Source of the DNA: a virus
Taxonomy: Duplodnaviria; Caudoviricetes
IMG/VR virus record: IMGVR_UViG_3300031939_000002
Span: 1-58,798 of that record
Strand: one strand, 5' to 3'
Length of the DNA stretch: 58,798 nucleotides
The stretch's first letter is position 1. Every line of letters starts with the position of its first letter. A program made the position numbers and the translations under genes. This document shows, piece by piece, positions 44,864-53,842 of the stretch. The notes under the pieces are model-generated. The model did no database searches and had not been told where the DNA came from. It saw only the letters and a program-made list of their open reading frames with translations.

Positions 44864-45348
44864 GGCTGGGGCTCCTTGTGGAGGTCGTTCCAACGCCAGA
44901 CCTTGATGACGGCGCCGGGAGTGCGGAGAGCGTCGCCCCAGAGCACGTAGACCTTGGCGGCGGTGAGGGTGGCCACGACGCTGTCGTCGTGCAGCACGCC
45001 GGCGTCCGTGAGGGCGTCCTGGGTGGAGCGGACCAGCTTGTCCAGGTCGGGCTTGCCGGTCGGGATGTGGGGCGCGGAGGGCTTCAGCCGTCCCGCGTTC
45101 TTGCCCGTGCCGAAGTGGTGCTTCGGACGGCGCAGAGCGAACTGGATGTCGACCCAGACGGGGCCGTCGAGGGCCGTCCAGGCATCATCGTGGTGCAGGG
45201 TGTCGAGCGCGACCGACTTCACGGCATCACGCCACGGCTTCACCTTGGCTGACGACTCATACAGCGCTCCGGCGGCGTTGCGGTTCTTCGAGCCCTGCGG
45301 GCCCGGCGTGCCGTAAACGGTGATCTCGAAAGCAGGCTTGACCTTCAC
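44860..45348 (-). CDS. rusA: RusA Holliday junction resolvase
   Basis: GTPGPQGSK..KPWR..KPDLDKLVRSTQDALT..DDSVV. Confidence 0.92.
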   Translation of the reverse strand: MKVKPAFEITVYGTPGPQGSKNRNAAGALYESSAKVKPWRDAVKSVALDTLHHDDAWTALDGPVWVDIQFALRRPKHHFGTGKNAGRLKPSAPHIPTGKPDLDKLVRSTQDALTDAGVLHDDSVVATLTAAKVYVLWGDALRTPGAVIKVWRWNDLHKEPQP

Positions 45349-45707
45349 GTCTGGTCACCGCCGTCCGCTTGCTGGTCCAGCTCGTCAGCGGCGTACTGGA
45401 GGAGTGCAGCGAGCGGTGTGCCGCAGAGGCCGTTGACTTCGGCGATCGCTCCGCCTGCTCCGCCGGCCGCGATCAGCACGGTGGCGATGTCGGCCGGGGG
45501 CAGGGCGACCACGTCGGTGAGGTCGTCGGCGAGGCCTCGGGCCAGCCGGCCGAGGAACTGCACCTGCGGGTCGTAGCTGTTGCGGCGGCGGCTTTCCCGC
45601 ACCGCGTCGAACATGCCCTGCCGGGTGTATTGCTTGGCGGTGAACACGCGCAGGCCTGGCCTGGTGAACTCGCGGGCGACGGCGTCGCGGTGGTCTTCGG
45701 TGCTCAA
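45345..45707 (-). CDS. Hypothetical protein; probable TTG start (ORF is open back to 46151)
   Basis: CCAGGAGACCTC-TTG RBS/start; upstream in-frame region coincides with RNA repeats. Confidence 0.6.
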   Translation of the reverse strand: MSTEDHRDAVAREFTRPGLRVFTAKQYTRQGMFDAVRESRRRNSYDPQVQFLGRLARGLADDLTDVVALPPADIATVLIAAGGAGGAIAEVNGLCGTPLAALLQYAADELDQQADGGDQT

Positions 45708-45785
45708 GAGGTCTCCTGGGCGAGGACTGTGGTCGGGGGCGGCCGGGCTGAAGGCGGCGGAGCGCGCATCCAGCCCGGCCCGGGG

Positions 45786-46142
45786 CCCGTACGGCGCAGG
45801 TGGGGTCACTGGGGCCTCGGTTGACAGCCCCTCCCCCGCCTTCGCTCCCCTGGCGGGCACGCGCGGTCCCGGGGGTGGCGTTGACGCCGTACGGGTGGTG
45901 TTGGGCTCGCCCGGAGCAGGCCGGGTCGTGGGAGCCGAAGCAGATTGCGGCTCCTCGCTGGCCTTCGCTCCCGCAGCCGTGCAGATGGCGTCTGCGGGTG
46001 ACGTTGACTCCGGGCGAGTGGTCGGGGACCCGCCCGGCGCAGGCAGGGTCACCGGGGTGGAACGGACCGGCCCCTCTCCTGCCTTGGCTTCCGCGGCAAC
46101 CTCGTGCGGGGCTGCCGCGGGCGGCTTTGACGCCGGGCGGGT
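45786..46142 (-). ncRNA. Three tandem structured RNA units (three-way junction with kink-turn)
   Basis: Units 45786-45895, 45906-46018, 46028-46142; covarying 11-bp closing stems; conserved junctions; k-turn consensus in each. Confidence 0.7.
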
Positions 46143-46147
46143 GGTCT

Positions 46148-46636
46148 TCATCGCAGCCTCACCGAGCGGATCGTGAGGCCTGGCGTGGGGGCGGTACGGA
46201 CGTGGTCGGCGATCTCCCGCATCGACTCAGCCCAGGACGGGGAGAGGTCGCGCGGGGTCTGTCCGGCGAGCGCCTTGAGGATGTCGCCGTGCACGGTGTC
46301 GAGGAACGTGACGGGCTCTGGCAGGTTGCAGATCTCCGACAGGCCGACCTTGGTCCACTCCGGGTTCCATCCGGTGACCACGACCGGCCCGGCGTACGGC
46401 TGGACGGCGGCGCCGAACGCGGCGAGCAGGCACGAGCCGACGATGTTGCGCGGGTATCGGCTTGGGTCCAGCAGGCCGACGTCGTTGACCCAGCCGGTGG
46501 CGGCCAGGTCGCTGCGCAGGCTCACGCGGGCCTTGCCTTCGACGCCGATGACGGCGTCCCAGTCGACGTCTTCGGTACCGAAGCGGTCGCCGTGGTGGGC
46601 GAGTTCGCCGCTCGGGGTGATGACCGCGTACCTCAT
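46148..46636 (-). CDS. Hypothetical protein
   Basis: GWVNDVGL..YPRNIVGS..QPYAGPVVVTG. Confidence 0.7.
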   Translation of the reverse strand: MRYAVITPSGELAHHGDRFGTEDVDWDAVIGVEGKARVSLRSDLAATGWVNDVGLLDPSRYPRNIVGSCLLAAFGAAVQPYAGPVVVTGWNPEWTKVGLSEICNLPEPVTFLDTVHGDILKALAGQTPRDLSPSWAESMREIADHVRTAPTPGLTIRSVRLR

Positions 46637-47010
46637 CGCCGGCCACCTGCCGTCCCTGCCACTGTGGCGCGGTTGCCGGGCCGGTTCACGGTCGCCTCGG
46701 GACGGCTGCGGAGCTTGGCGACGGGCACCCATGCCCGCCAGGTCAGATCCGCGTCGTTGTCCCAGCTGACGAACACCATCGGGATGTGGTGGAACTCGCC
46801 GCCCAGGCACACGGTGGTGGTGGCGTAGTAGGCGCCGGGCACGTGCACGGGCTGGTCGGGCACGACGGTGCCTTCGCGGCCGGCGACGTGGGCGACACGG
46901 CTGCCCTGCGGGAACTGCGCGGCCAGAACCAGCAGGTGGTGTCGGCGCTCGGAGTCGTGCGGGCGGGTGCCGGCGTCGTAGCCCTGGTAGTCGAGCGTGC
47001 GGGCGCTCAT
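46633..47010 (-). CDS. Hypothetical protein
   Basis: Coupled ORF. Confidence 0.65.
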   Translation of the reverse strand: MSARTLDYQGYDAGTRPHDSERRHHLLVLAAQFPQGSRVAHVAGREGTVVPDQPVHVPGAYYATTTVCLGGEFHHIPMVFVSWDNDADLTWRAWVPVAKLRSRPEATVNRPGNRATVAGTAGGRR

Positions 47011-47666
47011 GATTGAGTCCCTTCGGTGATAAGGATGGGGGCGGCGCTGCCGCCGAGGAAGGCGGCGAGGATGCGCCAGTGGTCGTCCTCACGGACGGCG
47101 CGGGCGGTGAATGTTCCGGCCGGCCGGAACGACGCGTACTGACCCTCACGGATACGCCGGGCTGCTCTGGATGCCCCGCCGTAGGAGGTGTAGGGGCCGA
47201 TCGGGATTTGCGCGCCGGGCTGCTTCCGCATCCGGGCCGCGTGCGCCGCGTACCTGGCGTGCTGAGGCTTCGCCGCGCTGTGAGGCACCGCGTAGCGGAA
47301 GCCGGACAGCCACCGGTAGTGCGCGCCGATGGCGACCGCGTTCGCCATGTTCCTGGCGTTCAGTCGTGCGCGGATGTTCAGGCACAGGGTGCGCACCGTG
47401 TGCCCGGAGATCCCCAGGGTGCGTCCGATGCTGTCCTTGGTCTCACCGCTGGCGTACAGGGTGAGGACCTGGATCTCGCGGGGGGTGAGCGGGCACTTGG
47501 GCGCGGCAGGTCTGGAGGGGCCGTGTTCCGCGATGACCCTCTCGATCGCGTCGAGCGTCTTGAGGTCGCCGTCTCCCGACGCAGCGCCCCACAGGTCATC
47601 GATGAACGCGCTCAGCTGGTCGACGTCGAGCTTGGCGGCCCAGGGGAAGACGCGGGTGTCAGCCAT
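47007..47666 (-). CDS. LuxR-type HTH regulator with extra C-terminal domain
   Basis: PLTPREIQVL..GET..IGRTLGISGHTVRT..IRARLNARN. Confidence 0.85.
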   Translation of the reverse strand: MADTRVFPWAAKLDVDQLSAFIDDLWGAASGDGDLKTLDAIERVIAEHGPSRPAAPKCPLTPREIQVLTLYASGETKDSIGRTLGISGHTVRTLCLNIRARLNARNMANAVAIGAHYRWLSGFRYAVPHSAAKPQHARYAAHAARMRKQPGAQIPIGPYTSYGGASRAARRIREGQYASFRPAGTFTARAVREDDHWRILAAFLGGSAAPILITEGTQS

Positions 47667-47961
47667 GACGACCACCGCCCTGGCTGTCCTCCAGCCGGTG
47701 CAACTGCTGCTGCAGGAAGCGGATCTCGTTGCGCTGGCGGGCGACTTCGCCGACGTAGCGGGGCAGCGCCTCCCGGGCGTGCGCCACGAAACGGATGACA
47801 GGGACCTGGTACTCGTCCGAGGCGGTCTCCAGGAAGCTGATCGGCCCGACGCCGTCGGGCGCGCCGTAGTCGTTGGTGATCGGCTCCCAGGGGCCGTTGG
47901 GCACGGCCGCGATGTGCCGCTGCGTCTCGCGCAGGTAGTCAGAGGCCAGCGGCTCAGGCAT
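47659..47961 (-). CDS. Hypothetical protein
   Basis: PNGPW..FVAHAREALP. Confidence 0.65.
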   Translation of the reverse strand: MPEPLASDYLRETQRHIAAVPNGPWEPITNDYGAPDGVGPISFLETASDEYQVPVIRFVAHAREALPRYVGEVARQRNEIRFLQQQLHRLEDSQGGGRHG

Positions 47962-48187
47962 CTCGGCCGTCCTCGGCATCGAGAGCATCGAGGACGTGGC
48001 GGAGCGACTCGCACACGCCGCCGAACTCGCTGGCGAGACGGAGGGAGTGAGCGGTGGTCAGGTCAAGTGCGAGGGCCCGGTCGAGTGCCTCGCGCGCCAG
48101 AGCGCGAGCGATGTCGAGGGGCGGAACGAACGCCGGCAGGGTCGGCGGTCGGTCGGCTTGTGCGATGCTGGAATGCATCAGGCCCAC
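47954..48187 (-). CDS. Hypothetical protein
   Basis: Operon position. Confidence 0.55.
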   Translation of the reverse strand: MGLMHSSIAQADRPPTLPAFVPPLDIARALAREALDRALALDLTTAHSLRLASEFGGVCESLRHVLDALDAEDGRDA

Positions 48188-48249
48188 CTCGTTTCAGGTT
48201 GGTGGTTGGGCCGAGGGCTCGCCGGGTGCACGGCGGGCCCTCTTCGCTT

Positions 48250-48435
48250 TCAGGCGGCGGCCGGCATGTCCGGTCGGGCGGCTCCGCGATCGGCGGATTC
48301 CTCGGGTCCGATGGGGAGCAGGGTCCGGATCCGGTCAGCGGCGGCCGGCGTGAGCCGAGGGGCCGTGTCGGCGATTCGGCGGATGAAGTCCTGGACGGAC
48401 TCACCCGGCTGGATCTGGAGGGCCCGGTCGCTCAT
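48250..48435 (-). CDS. Hypothetical protein downstream of Cro
   Basis: IADTAPRLTP..DRIRTLL. Confidence 0.6.
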   Translation of the reverse strand: MSDRALQIQPGESVQDFIRRIADTAPRLTPAAADRIRTLLPIGPEESADRGAARPDMPAAA

Positions 48436-48470
48436 CGCGCGCCGACCCTCAATTCCGGCCGGGGTGCGCA

Positions 48471-48704
48471 TCAGGCGACCTTGGTGGTGGCTGGGCGGTC
48501 TTCCGACTCGGGGAGCAGCAGGTCACGGATCGCACAGCCGAGGGCGTCCGCGATTGCCTTGAGGTTCTTCGGGGAGAACCCGGCGCGGCCCTGCTCGACT
48601 CCGGAGATGTGGCTCTTACTGACCCCGGCCCTGTGTGCGAGGTCGGTCTGGCTCAGACCGGCCTCTATCCGCAGTCGGCGGAAAGCCCTTGGGTCTTCGT
48701 TCAT
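48471..48704 (-). CDS. Cro-like XRE HTH protein
   Basis: AGLSQTDLAHRAGVSKSHISGVEQG. Confidence 0.88.
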   Translation of the reverse strand: MNEDPRAFRRLRIEAGLSQTDLAHRAGVSKSHISGVEQGRAGFSPKNLKAIADALGCAIRDLLLPESEDRPATTKVA

Positions 48705-48851
48705 GTGCACGACTGTACGAGGTGTCATCACTTTTCACAAGTGAGCTGTCCTGAATACGACTGCTCAGTGTGAAGGACTCGTGCACGCTCTCGCGTGACC
48801 TGCTGCCTTTCACTAAAGTTCGAGAAAATACAAGTGATTACGAGGGGCGCG
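48705..48851. promoter_or_regulatory. Divergent genetic-switch region
   Basis: AT-rich; ACAAGTGA twice; gtgaagg/cctttcac imperfect inverted repeat. Confidence 0.55.
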
Positions 48852-49358
48852 ATGAAGGAAGAAGATCAGGACCTCAGTCCACCGACACCCGGCTACGGGG
48901 CACTCATCAAGCTCGCCCGCGAGGCTCAGGGCATCAGTCCGGAGACCGCGGCTGCCCGCATGCCCTACCCCTTCTCCGGCTCCAGCTGGCGCCAGATCGA
49001 GGCCGGCTACCGGGGGCGCGGCGCCAACCGCAAGGCGGTCCCAGGTCGGGCGTCCACGGTGGCAGCCATGGCCCGTACAGTCGGCGTGACTGCCGACCGA
49101 CTCACAGATCACCACGTCGAGGCGGCTGCGGTCCTGCGCGAGATGGAGCGCCAGGAGGCGCAGCGCTCGCCGGTCATGCCTGAGGCGCTGCGCTCGGCCC
49201 CGCCTCACGTACGCCGCCTGATCGAGGCAGCCCTCGAGGACGTGGATCCGCGCGATCGGCCAGAGCTACTGCGCGAGCTGGCGGCCGACTACGAGGCCAC
49301 GGAGAAGCGACGTGCTCGAAATCCCGGACAACAGCAGCGCTCTCGTCACGCAGGTTAG
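48852..49358 (+). CDS. Immunity repressor (XRE HTH)
   Basis: LIKLAREAQGIS..AAAR..SSWRQIEAG..TVAAMARTVGV; divergent from Cro. Confidence 0.82.
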   Translation: MKEEDQDLSPPTPGYGALIKLAREAQGISPETAAARMPYPFSGSSWRQIEAGYRGRGANRKAVPGRASTVAAMARTVGVTADRLTDHHVEAAAVLREMERQEAQRSPVMPEALRSAPPHVRRLIEAALEDVDPRDRPELLRELAADYEATEKRRARNPGQQQRSRHAG

Positions 49359-49500
49359 ATGCCCTGGCCAGAGCTTTATAACGGAACAGTCACGTCCCCT
49401 GTCAGATGCGTGACGACAGCACGTTTTCGGACGCACGATCAAGGACCTCGTACAAGAACGAACAAGTACGAGACCGTGCGCACAAGTAAGGGGACGTGGC

Positions 49501-50445
49501 ATGACCTGGGTCATTGTCACGGGTGCGCTCGGCGGCGTCACCGTCACTGGGGGTCTGTTCTTGCGGCGCCTCCTCGGTGAGCTGGCTTATTTGCGTAGCC
49601 AGCTCACCGAGACCGGGCGACAGATCACAGGGATCGACAGGCAGATGCGCGCCCAGCGAGCCCGAGTGAACTTCATCAGACAACTCATCATCGAAGGCAC
49701 CATCGACGACGAGCAGCTCCCCCCAGAGACTGCTGTCGTCAACGGAGACCCTGCAACCGAAGCAGGTGAACCCCACGGCGACCGGCCTGAGCCCGTTCGC
49801 CGGAAGAGGCATCTGGGCCTCTACATCGGCGGAGCCGTAGCTGCCGTCGGCACCTTCAGCACCGCCGCGCGCCTTACGGCGCGCGTCCACCGCGGCGCCG
49901 TCGCGGGCGCCACGGCTGCTGCCGCGATCACCGCGGCGACGGTCAGCATGGTCACGGTCGAGCCGTGGACGCACAGCATCAGCCACCGGCCGCCACCATC
50001 GACAGCGCCCTCCATGGGCAGCACAGCGACTGCGCCCTTGGCCGCCAGTACGCCTTACGGTGGCCGGCCACCGGGCAGCGCCTCGTCCACTGCCAGGCCC
50101 TCACCGGCGGCCAGCAGTCCGGCACCCGCAGCCAGTCCGAGCATGGTCCCCAGCCGGCCTGCCGGACCGTTCAGCCGTGCACCCGTCATCGTGTGGTTCC
50201 CCAGCGCCGCACGGCCGGCCCAGCCCGCGCCTACGGTGTCGGTAGCCTCAGCCACCACGGAAGAGGTCGTTCCCGAGGACGGTGGTGCGAGCTCACCACC
50301 CGAGAGTCCACCGCTGTCGCCTGTACCCGACGACCCATCGGCGCCGATGGAGTCACCGCCCTTGGGCACACCCAGCTCTTCCGCAGCCTGCCTCAGCGCG
50401 GACACGGGGCAGGTCCAGCAGACGAGCACCTGCCCCGGCGGGTAG
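49501..50445 (+). CDS. Membrane protein with Pro/Ser-rich tail
   Basis: Two hydrophobic regions; low-complexity C-terminus. Confidence 0.6.
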   Translation: MTWVIVTGALGGVTVTGGLFLRRLLGELAYLRSQLTETGRQITGIDRQMRAQRARVNFIRQLIIEGTIDDEQLPPETAVVNGDPATEAGEPHGDRPEPVRRKRHLGLYIGGAVAAVGTFSTAARLTARVHRGAVAGATAAAAITAATVSMVTVEPWTHSISHRPPPSTAPSMGSTATAPLAASTPYGGRPPGSASSTARPSPAASSPAPAASPSMVPSRPAGPFSRAPVIVWFPSAARPAQPAPTVSVASATTEEVVPEDGGASSPPESPPLSPVPDDPSAPMESPPLGTPSSSAACLSADTGQVQQTSTCPGG

Positions 50446-50452
50446 GCCACGG

Positions 50453-52135
50453 CTACGGGTTCCGCCGCCAGACCATCCGCTCGGCGACCGGGGCTGCATT
50501 CCTCTGGACCGGTGAGCGTGTGAAGCGCACCTCGCCCAGCCAGTCGGGTGTGAGAAGCAGCGCGGCGATGGCGCGCTGCTTCTCCACGCCCGCCGCCTTC
50601 CACCAGCCCACGATGTCCGTGACTGGCTCGTCTGGGAGCAGATGAGCCAGCGGCAAGGGTGTGGTGTACCTCTTCAGCTTCGTCTCCGCCGCGGCAATGC
50701 TCGTTTCGTACTCCTCGATGTCCTTGGTCCGCTCGATCCGGGCCAGCGCCGTCGATGGCCGGGGCGCATCCTGCAGTTGCTTCAGCTCACCGCCCAGACG
50801 CTTCAGCTCGGCCCGCAAGACCTTCTCTTCCTGACCGGCTTCGGGCCGGTGCTGCAGCGCCGCGTAGTGGTCGGGACTGGCCAGGTAGTGCAGGATCACG
50901 CCGGGCAGCGGCGGGAGTCGGGTACCGGTCTCTATGTCGAACCGATCCACCTCGCCGATGATGATCCGGTCCACCTCCGCCTTCGACACCCACACGTGTC
51001 CCCTCGCCGCGCACTGATAGCCGACGGCGTCTTTGGCACCCTGCTTCCTGCGGGTAATGACCACCATCCCCGCTCCGCACACGTCGCACTTGAGCGTCAT
51101 CGTCAGCGCGTGCTTGATGTACTCGCCGGTGTAAGTCCGCCGGCTCGGGTCGGAGAAGATCTCCTGCACTCTGTCGAAGAGCGCACGGGAGACGATCGGC
51201 GTCCAACCGGGCCACCGCAGCGGCACGATCTGCCCGTTGTGCTTGCGCAGGCCTGCGTAGGCCGGGCGAAGCAGCATGGAGCGGAGATTCTGCGGACTGA
51301 ACCGGATGCCGGGAATGAGCTCGCCGTCCACGGTCTTGTCCCGGCTGACGATGCCGCGCTCTTCCCACTCTATGGCGATGCCGTACATCGGCTCAGGCAG
51401 GTACCCGCCACCGCCCGAAGCGTTGTTGGAGTACAGCAGCGGGACGGTCTCGCCGTCAGCGAGCCCGTACTGGTTGTCCTCGACGCCGGCCACTCTGACG
51501 AACAGCTCGGCCACCAAGGGCCCCTCGTCCGTGTCCGGGTACTGGGCGGAGGGCCGAGGCCGGCCGTCGATGACTTCGTACGCGCGGGCGTACCCGAAGG
51601 GCACCTGCCCCTGGGGACGGCCTTCACGGGCCGCGGAGTTGAGGCCTCGCAGCGTCCGGGCGGAAAGCCGGCGGGCTTCCTTCTCGGCATCAGCGATGCC
51701 AGAGATCAACTCGTGTCTATCGTTGTAGTTGCGCGGGTTGTACGGCGGCCGCTCATGGCTGGTGACGTGGATCAGGTAGCCGCCGGCTTCGCACAGGTCG
51801 ATGATCTCTACGCCTCGACCGGTCTCTCGTGACAGGCGGGAGATCTCCCACAGCACGAGGACGTCACCGGGCTTGCCGAATGCCCCGCTCCGCAGGTCGC
51901 TGAGCATCACCTCGAAGTCGTCGCGGATCTTCCTCGCAAACTTCGACGCCGAACCGGTGTCCCTGTAGGGCTCGCCCCACGTCCACGGCCCGTACTCTCG
52001 CTCGGCGTCCACGTTCTCGGTGTGCTGGTCTCGGATACTGCGCGCATCGCGCCCCCGCCCCTTGGACACTCGCAGGTACTCGCGCGCCGTTCGAGTGACG
52101 GCCTGGTCGAGTACCTCTTCAATGAGTGCGGCCAT
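50453..52135 (-). CDS. int: Large serine integrase
   Basis: EYLRVS catalytic Ser; DTGSAS; EISRLSR; VPFGY; PAYAG; CDVCG..YQC zinc ribbon; coiled coil. Confidence 0.95.
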   Translation of the reverse strand: MAALIEEVLDQAVTRTAREYLRVSKGRGRDARSIRDQHTENVDAEREYGPWTWGEPYRDTGSASKFARKIRDDFEVMLSDLRSGAFGKPGDVLVLWEISRLSRETGRGVEIIDLCEAGGYLIHVTSHERPPYNPRNYNDRHELISGIADAEKEARRLSARTLRGLNSAAREGRPQGQVPFGYARAYEVIDGRPRPSAQYPDTDEGPLVAELFVRVAGVEDNQYGLADGETVPLLYSNNASGGGGYLPEPMYGIAIEWEERGIVSRDKTVDGELIPGIRFSPQNLRSMLLRPAYAGLRKHNGQIVPLRWPGWTPIVSRALFDRVQEIFSDPSRRTYTGEYIKHALTMTLKCDVCGAGMVVITRRKQGAKDAVGYQCAARGHVWVSKAEVDRIIIGEVDRFDIETGTRLPPLPGVILHYLASPDHYAALQHRPEAGQEEKVLRAELKRLGGELKQLQDAPRPSTALARIERTKDIEEYETSIAAAETKLKRYTTPLPLAHLLPDEPVTDIVGWWKAAGVEKQRAIAALLLTPDWLGEVRFTRSPVQRNAAPVAERMVWRRNP

Positions 52136-52169
52136 ATTTTCCCTCCCTGCCGGACTGCCTAAGAAGATA

Positions 52170-52209
52170 CAAGGACTAAGGCATTTCCGTGGAAGTGCCT
52201 TAGTCTTTG
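52170..52209. other. Putative attP
   Basis: caaggactaaggcatttcc-GT-ggaagtgccttagtctttg: 19-bp arms, 2 mismatches, 2-bp centre, 34 bp upstream of int start. Confidence 0.7.
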
Positions 52210-52229
52210 GAACGCCGTGACCAGCAAAG

Positions 52230-52273
52230 AGCCCGCCCCGCCCGAGGCTTGCGGACCTCGGAGCGGGGCGGGC
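52230..52273. terminator. Hairpin terminator
   Basis: gcccgccccgc-ccgagg..cctcgg-a-gcggggcgggc. Confidence 0.6.
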
Positions 52274-52365
52274 GATCAAGGCAGCCGGACAGAAGCTGAC
52301 GGGCAGTCAGCAAAAGCCCCAGGGCTGGTGCTGACATCTGAACATGCACCGTACAACTTTGTCGA

Positions 52366-52596
52366 GTGCCTCGCGATCACCCGGACTGGATCATCGACCG
52401 GCGCCGCGAGCTGGGGGAACGCATCGCGGACCTGCGGACCGCCGCCCATTACACACAGGAGGGCTTCTGCGCGGCCACCGGCCTGAGCCGCAGTAACTTG
52501 CAGCGCATCGAGTCGGGTGCGGCTGATCCCCGCTACGGCGAGCTGTTACGGATCGCTGCGATTCTCAGCATCCCAGTGTCCGAGCTCGTCGAGTGA
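52366..52596 (+). CDS. Small XRE HTH protein with in-frame TTA codon
   Basis: LGERIADLR..TQE..GLSRSNLQRIESG; TTA at 52546. Confidence 0.85.
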   Translation: MPRDHPDWIIDRRRELGERIADLRTAAHYTQEGFCAATGLSRSNLQRIESGAADPRYGELLRIAAILSIPVSELVE

Positions 52597-52666
52597 CCCG
52601 GGACATGGGAAGACCCCGCCCGTCCGCCACGGGGAGAGCAGACGAGCGGGGCCGCTCAGGAGACGG

Positions 52667-53842
52667 TCAGCTGATCAGGTTCCAGCGTGTCCCGTCGGGG
52701 AGGTACCAGGCGAAGGCACTGCCGTCCGGATCCTGGGCGTAGCCGAAATGGTCCTGTTCCGGGCGCCCGGCGCCGGTCCACCACTCCCAGGCTTCCTCAG
52801 CCTGCTTCCACAAGCCATCGTCGCCGCCGTACGTCACCGTGCCCATGTGTTCCCCGGCGAGCGGTACCCGGGCCCATGAGCCGTCACCGCGCTGCAGCTG
52901 GAGCGCGGTCCCCTCCTGGTCGACGTTGTAGACGACCTCGGTGCCGGGCAGCTGGAAGGCGAGCAGGAGGCGCAGCGGGTAGTGCGCGCGGATCTCACTG
53001 GCGGTGAGCGTGGTTGGCCGGCGGCCGGTCGTGGGTGCCCTGTCGGGGCGCTGCGGGGCCGGGTAGGTGCTGGCGTCGGTGCGGGCGGGCATGAAGCGGC
53101 CGCCGTTTGCGGTGAAGAAGCCACGGAGGCGGCCGTCGGCGCCGCGGGAGAGTTGCACGAGGCCGCCTTCGACTCCGAGGGTCACATCACCCACGAAGAC
53201 ACCACCAGGCCGCAGCTGCTCGACCCACGCGGCGGGGATGGCGGGCACTGAGCAGGTGGCGATGATCCGGTCGAAGGGCTCCCCGGTCGGGTAGCCGAGG
53301 GTGCCGTCCCCGGGGAGCAGCTGGGGCTCGTAGCCGAGGCGGGCGAGACGCTTCTGCGCGGTGTCGGCGAGCGCCTGGTCGATGTCCATGGAGTGGACGA
53401 CGGCCTCGCCGAGGCGGGCGCAGAGCAGCGCGGCGTTGTAGCCGGTGCCCGTGCCGATCTCCAGCACGCGGTGGCCGTCCTCAACCGCCAGGTCCTCGAG
53501 CATCCCGGCCATGAGGCTGGGCAGGGTGCTGGACGAAGTGGGGATGCCCGTCCACGCCGTGTCGTCGACCTGCTCGGCGGTGGCCGGGTCCAGGGCTGTC
53601 ACGAGGGTCACGTCCCGGTACACGGCCGCGAGGCCGCCCTCGTCGGTGGCGTGCCGCTGCCGCCACACGGTGATACCGCTGTCGCTGGTCTCCTGCTCGT
53701 ACCAGGCCGGGACGAACAGGTGGCGCGGCACGGAACCGAAGGCGGTGGCCCACGGCCAGCTGCGGATCGCGCCGGCCTGCTGGAGCTCGCGGGTGAGCAC
53801 GGCCAGGTGCGGGCGGGCCGCTTCGCGGACGGAATCGCTCAT
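52667..53842 (-). CDS. PIMT-like methyltransferase of ATP-grasp RiPP system
   Basis: VPRHLFVP, TSSSTLPSLM, VLEIGTGTGYNAALL, FDRIIAT, FMPAR. Confidence 0.92.
   Translation of the reverse strand: MSDSVREAARPHLAVLTRELQQAGAIRSWPWATAFGSVPRHLFVPAWYEQETSDSGITVWRQRHATDEGGLAAVYRDVTLVTALDPATAEQVDDTAWTGIPTSSSTLPSLMAGMLEDLAVEDGHRVLEIGTGTGYNAALLCARLGEAVVHSMDIDQALADTAQKRLARLGYEPQLLPGDGTLGYPTGEPFDRIIATCSVPAIPAAWVEQLRPGGVFVGDVTLGVEGGLVQLSRGADGRLRGFFTANGGRFMPARTDASTYPAPQRPDRAPTTGRRPTTLTASEIRAHYPLRLLLAFQLPGTEVVYNVDQEGTALQLQRGDGSWARVPLAGEHMGTVTYGGDDGLWKQAEEAWEWWTGAGRPEQDHFGYAQDPDGSAFAWYLPDGTRWNLIS

Noticed and set aside
45786-46142. Interpretation as CRISPR array or TIGR-Tas array
   Set aside because: No identical direct repeats with unique spacers, units are about 120 nt, and no Cas or Nop-domain protein was recognised in the window.
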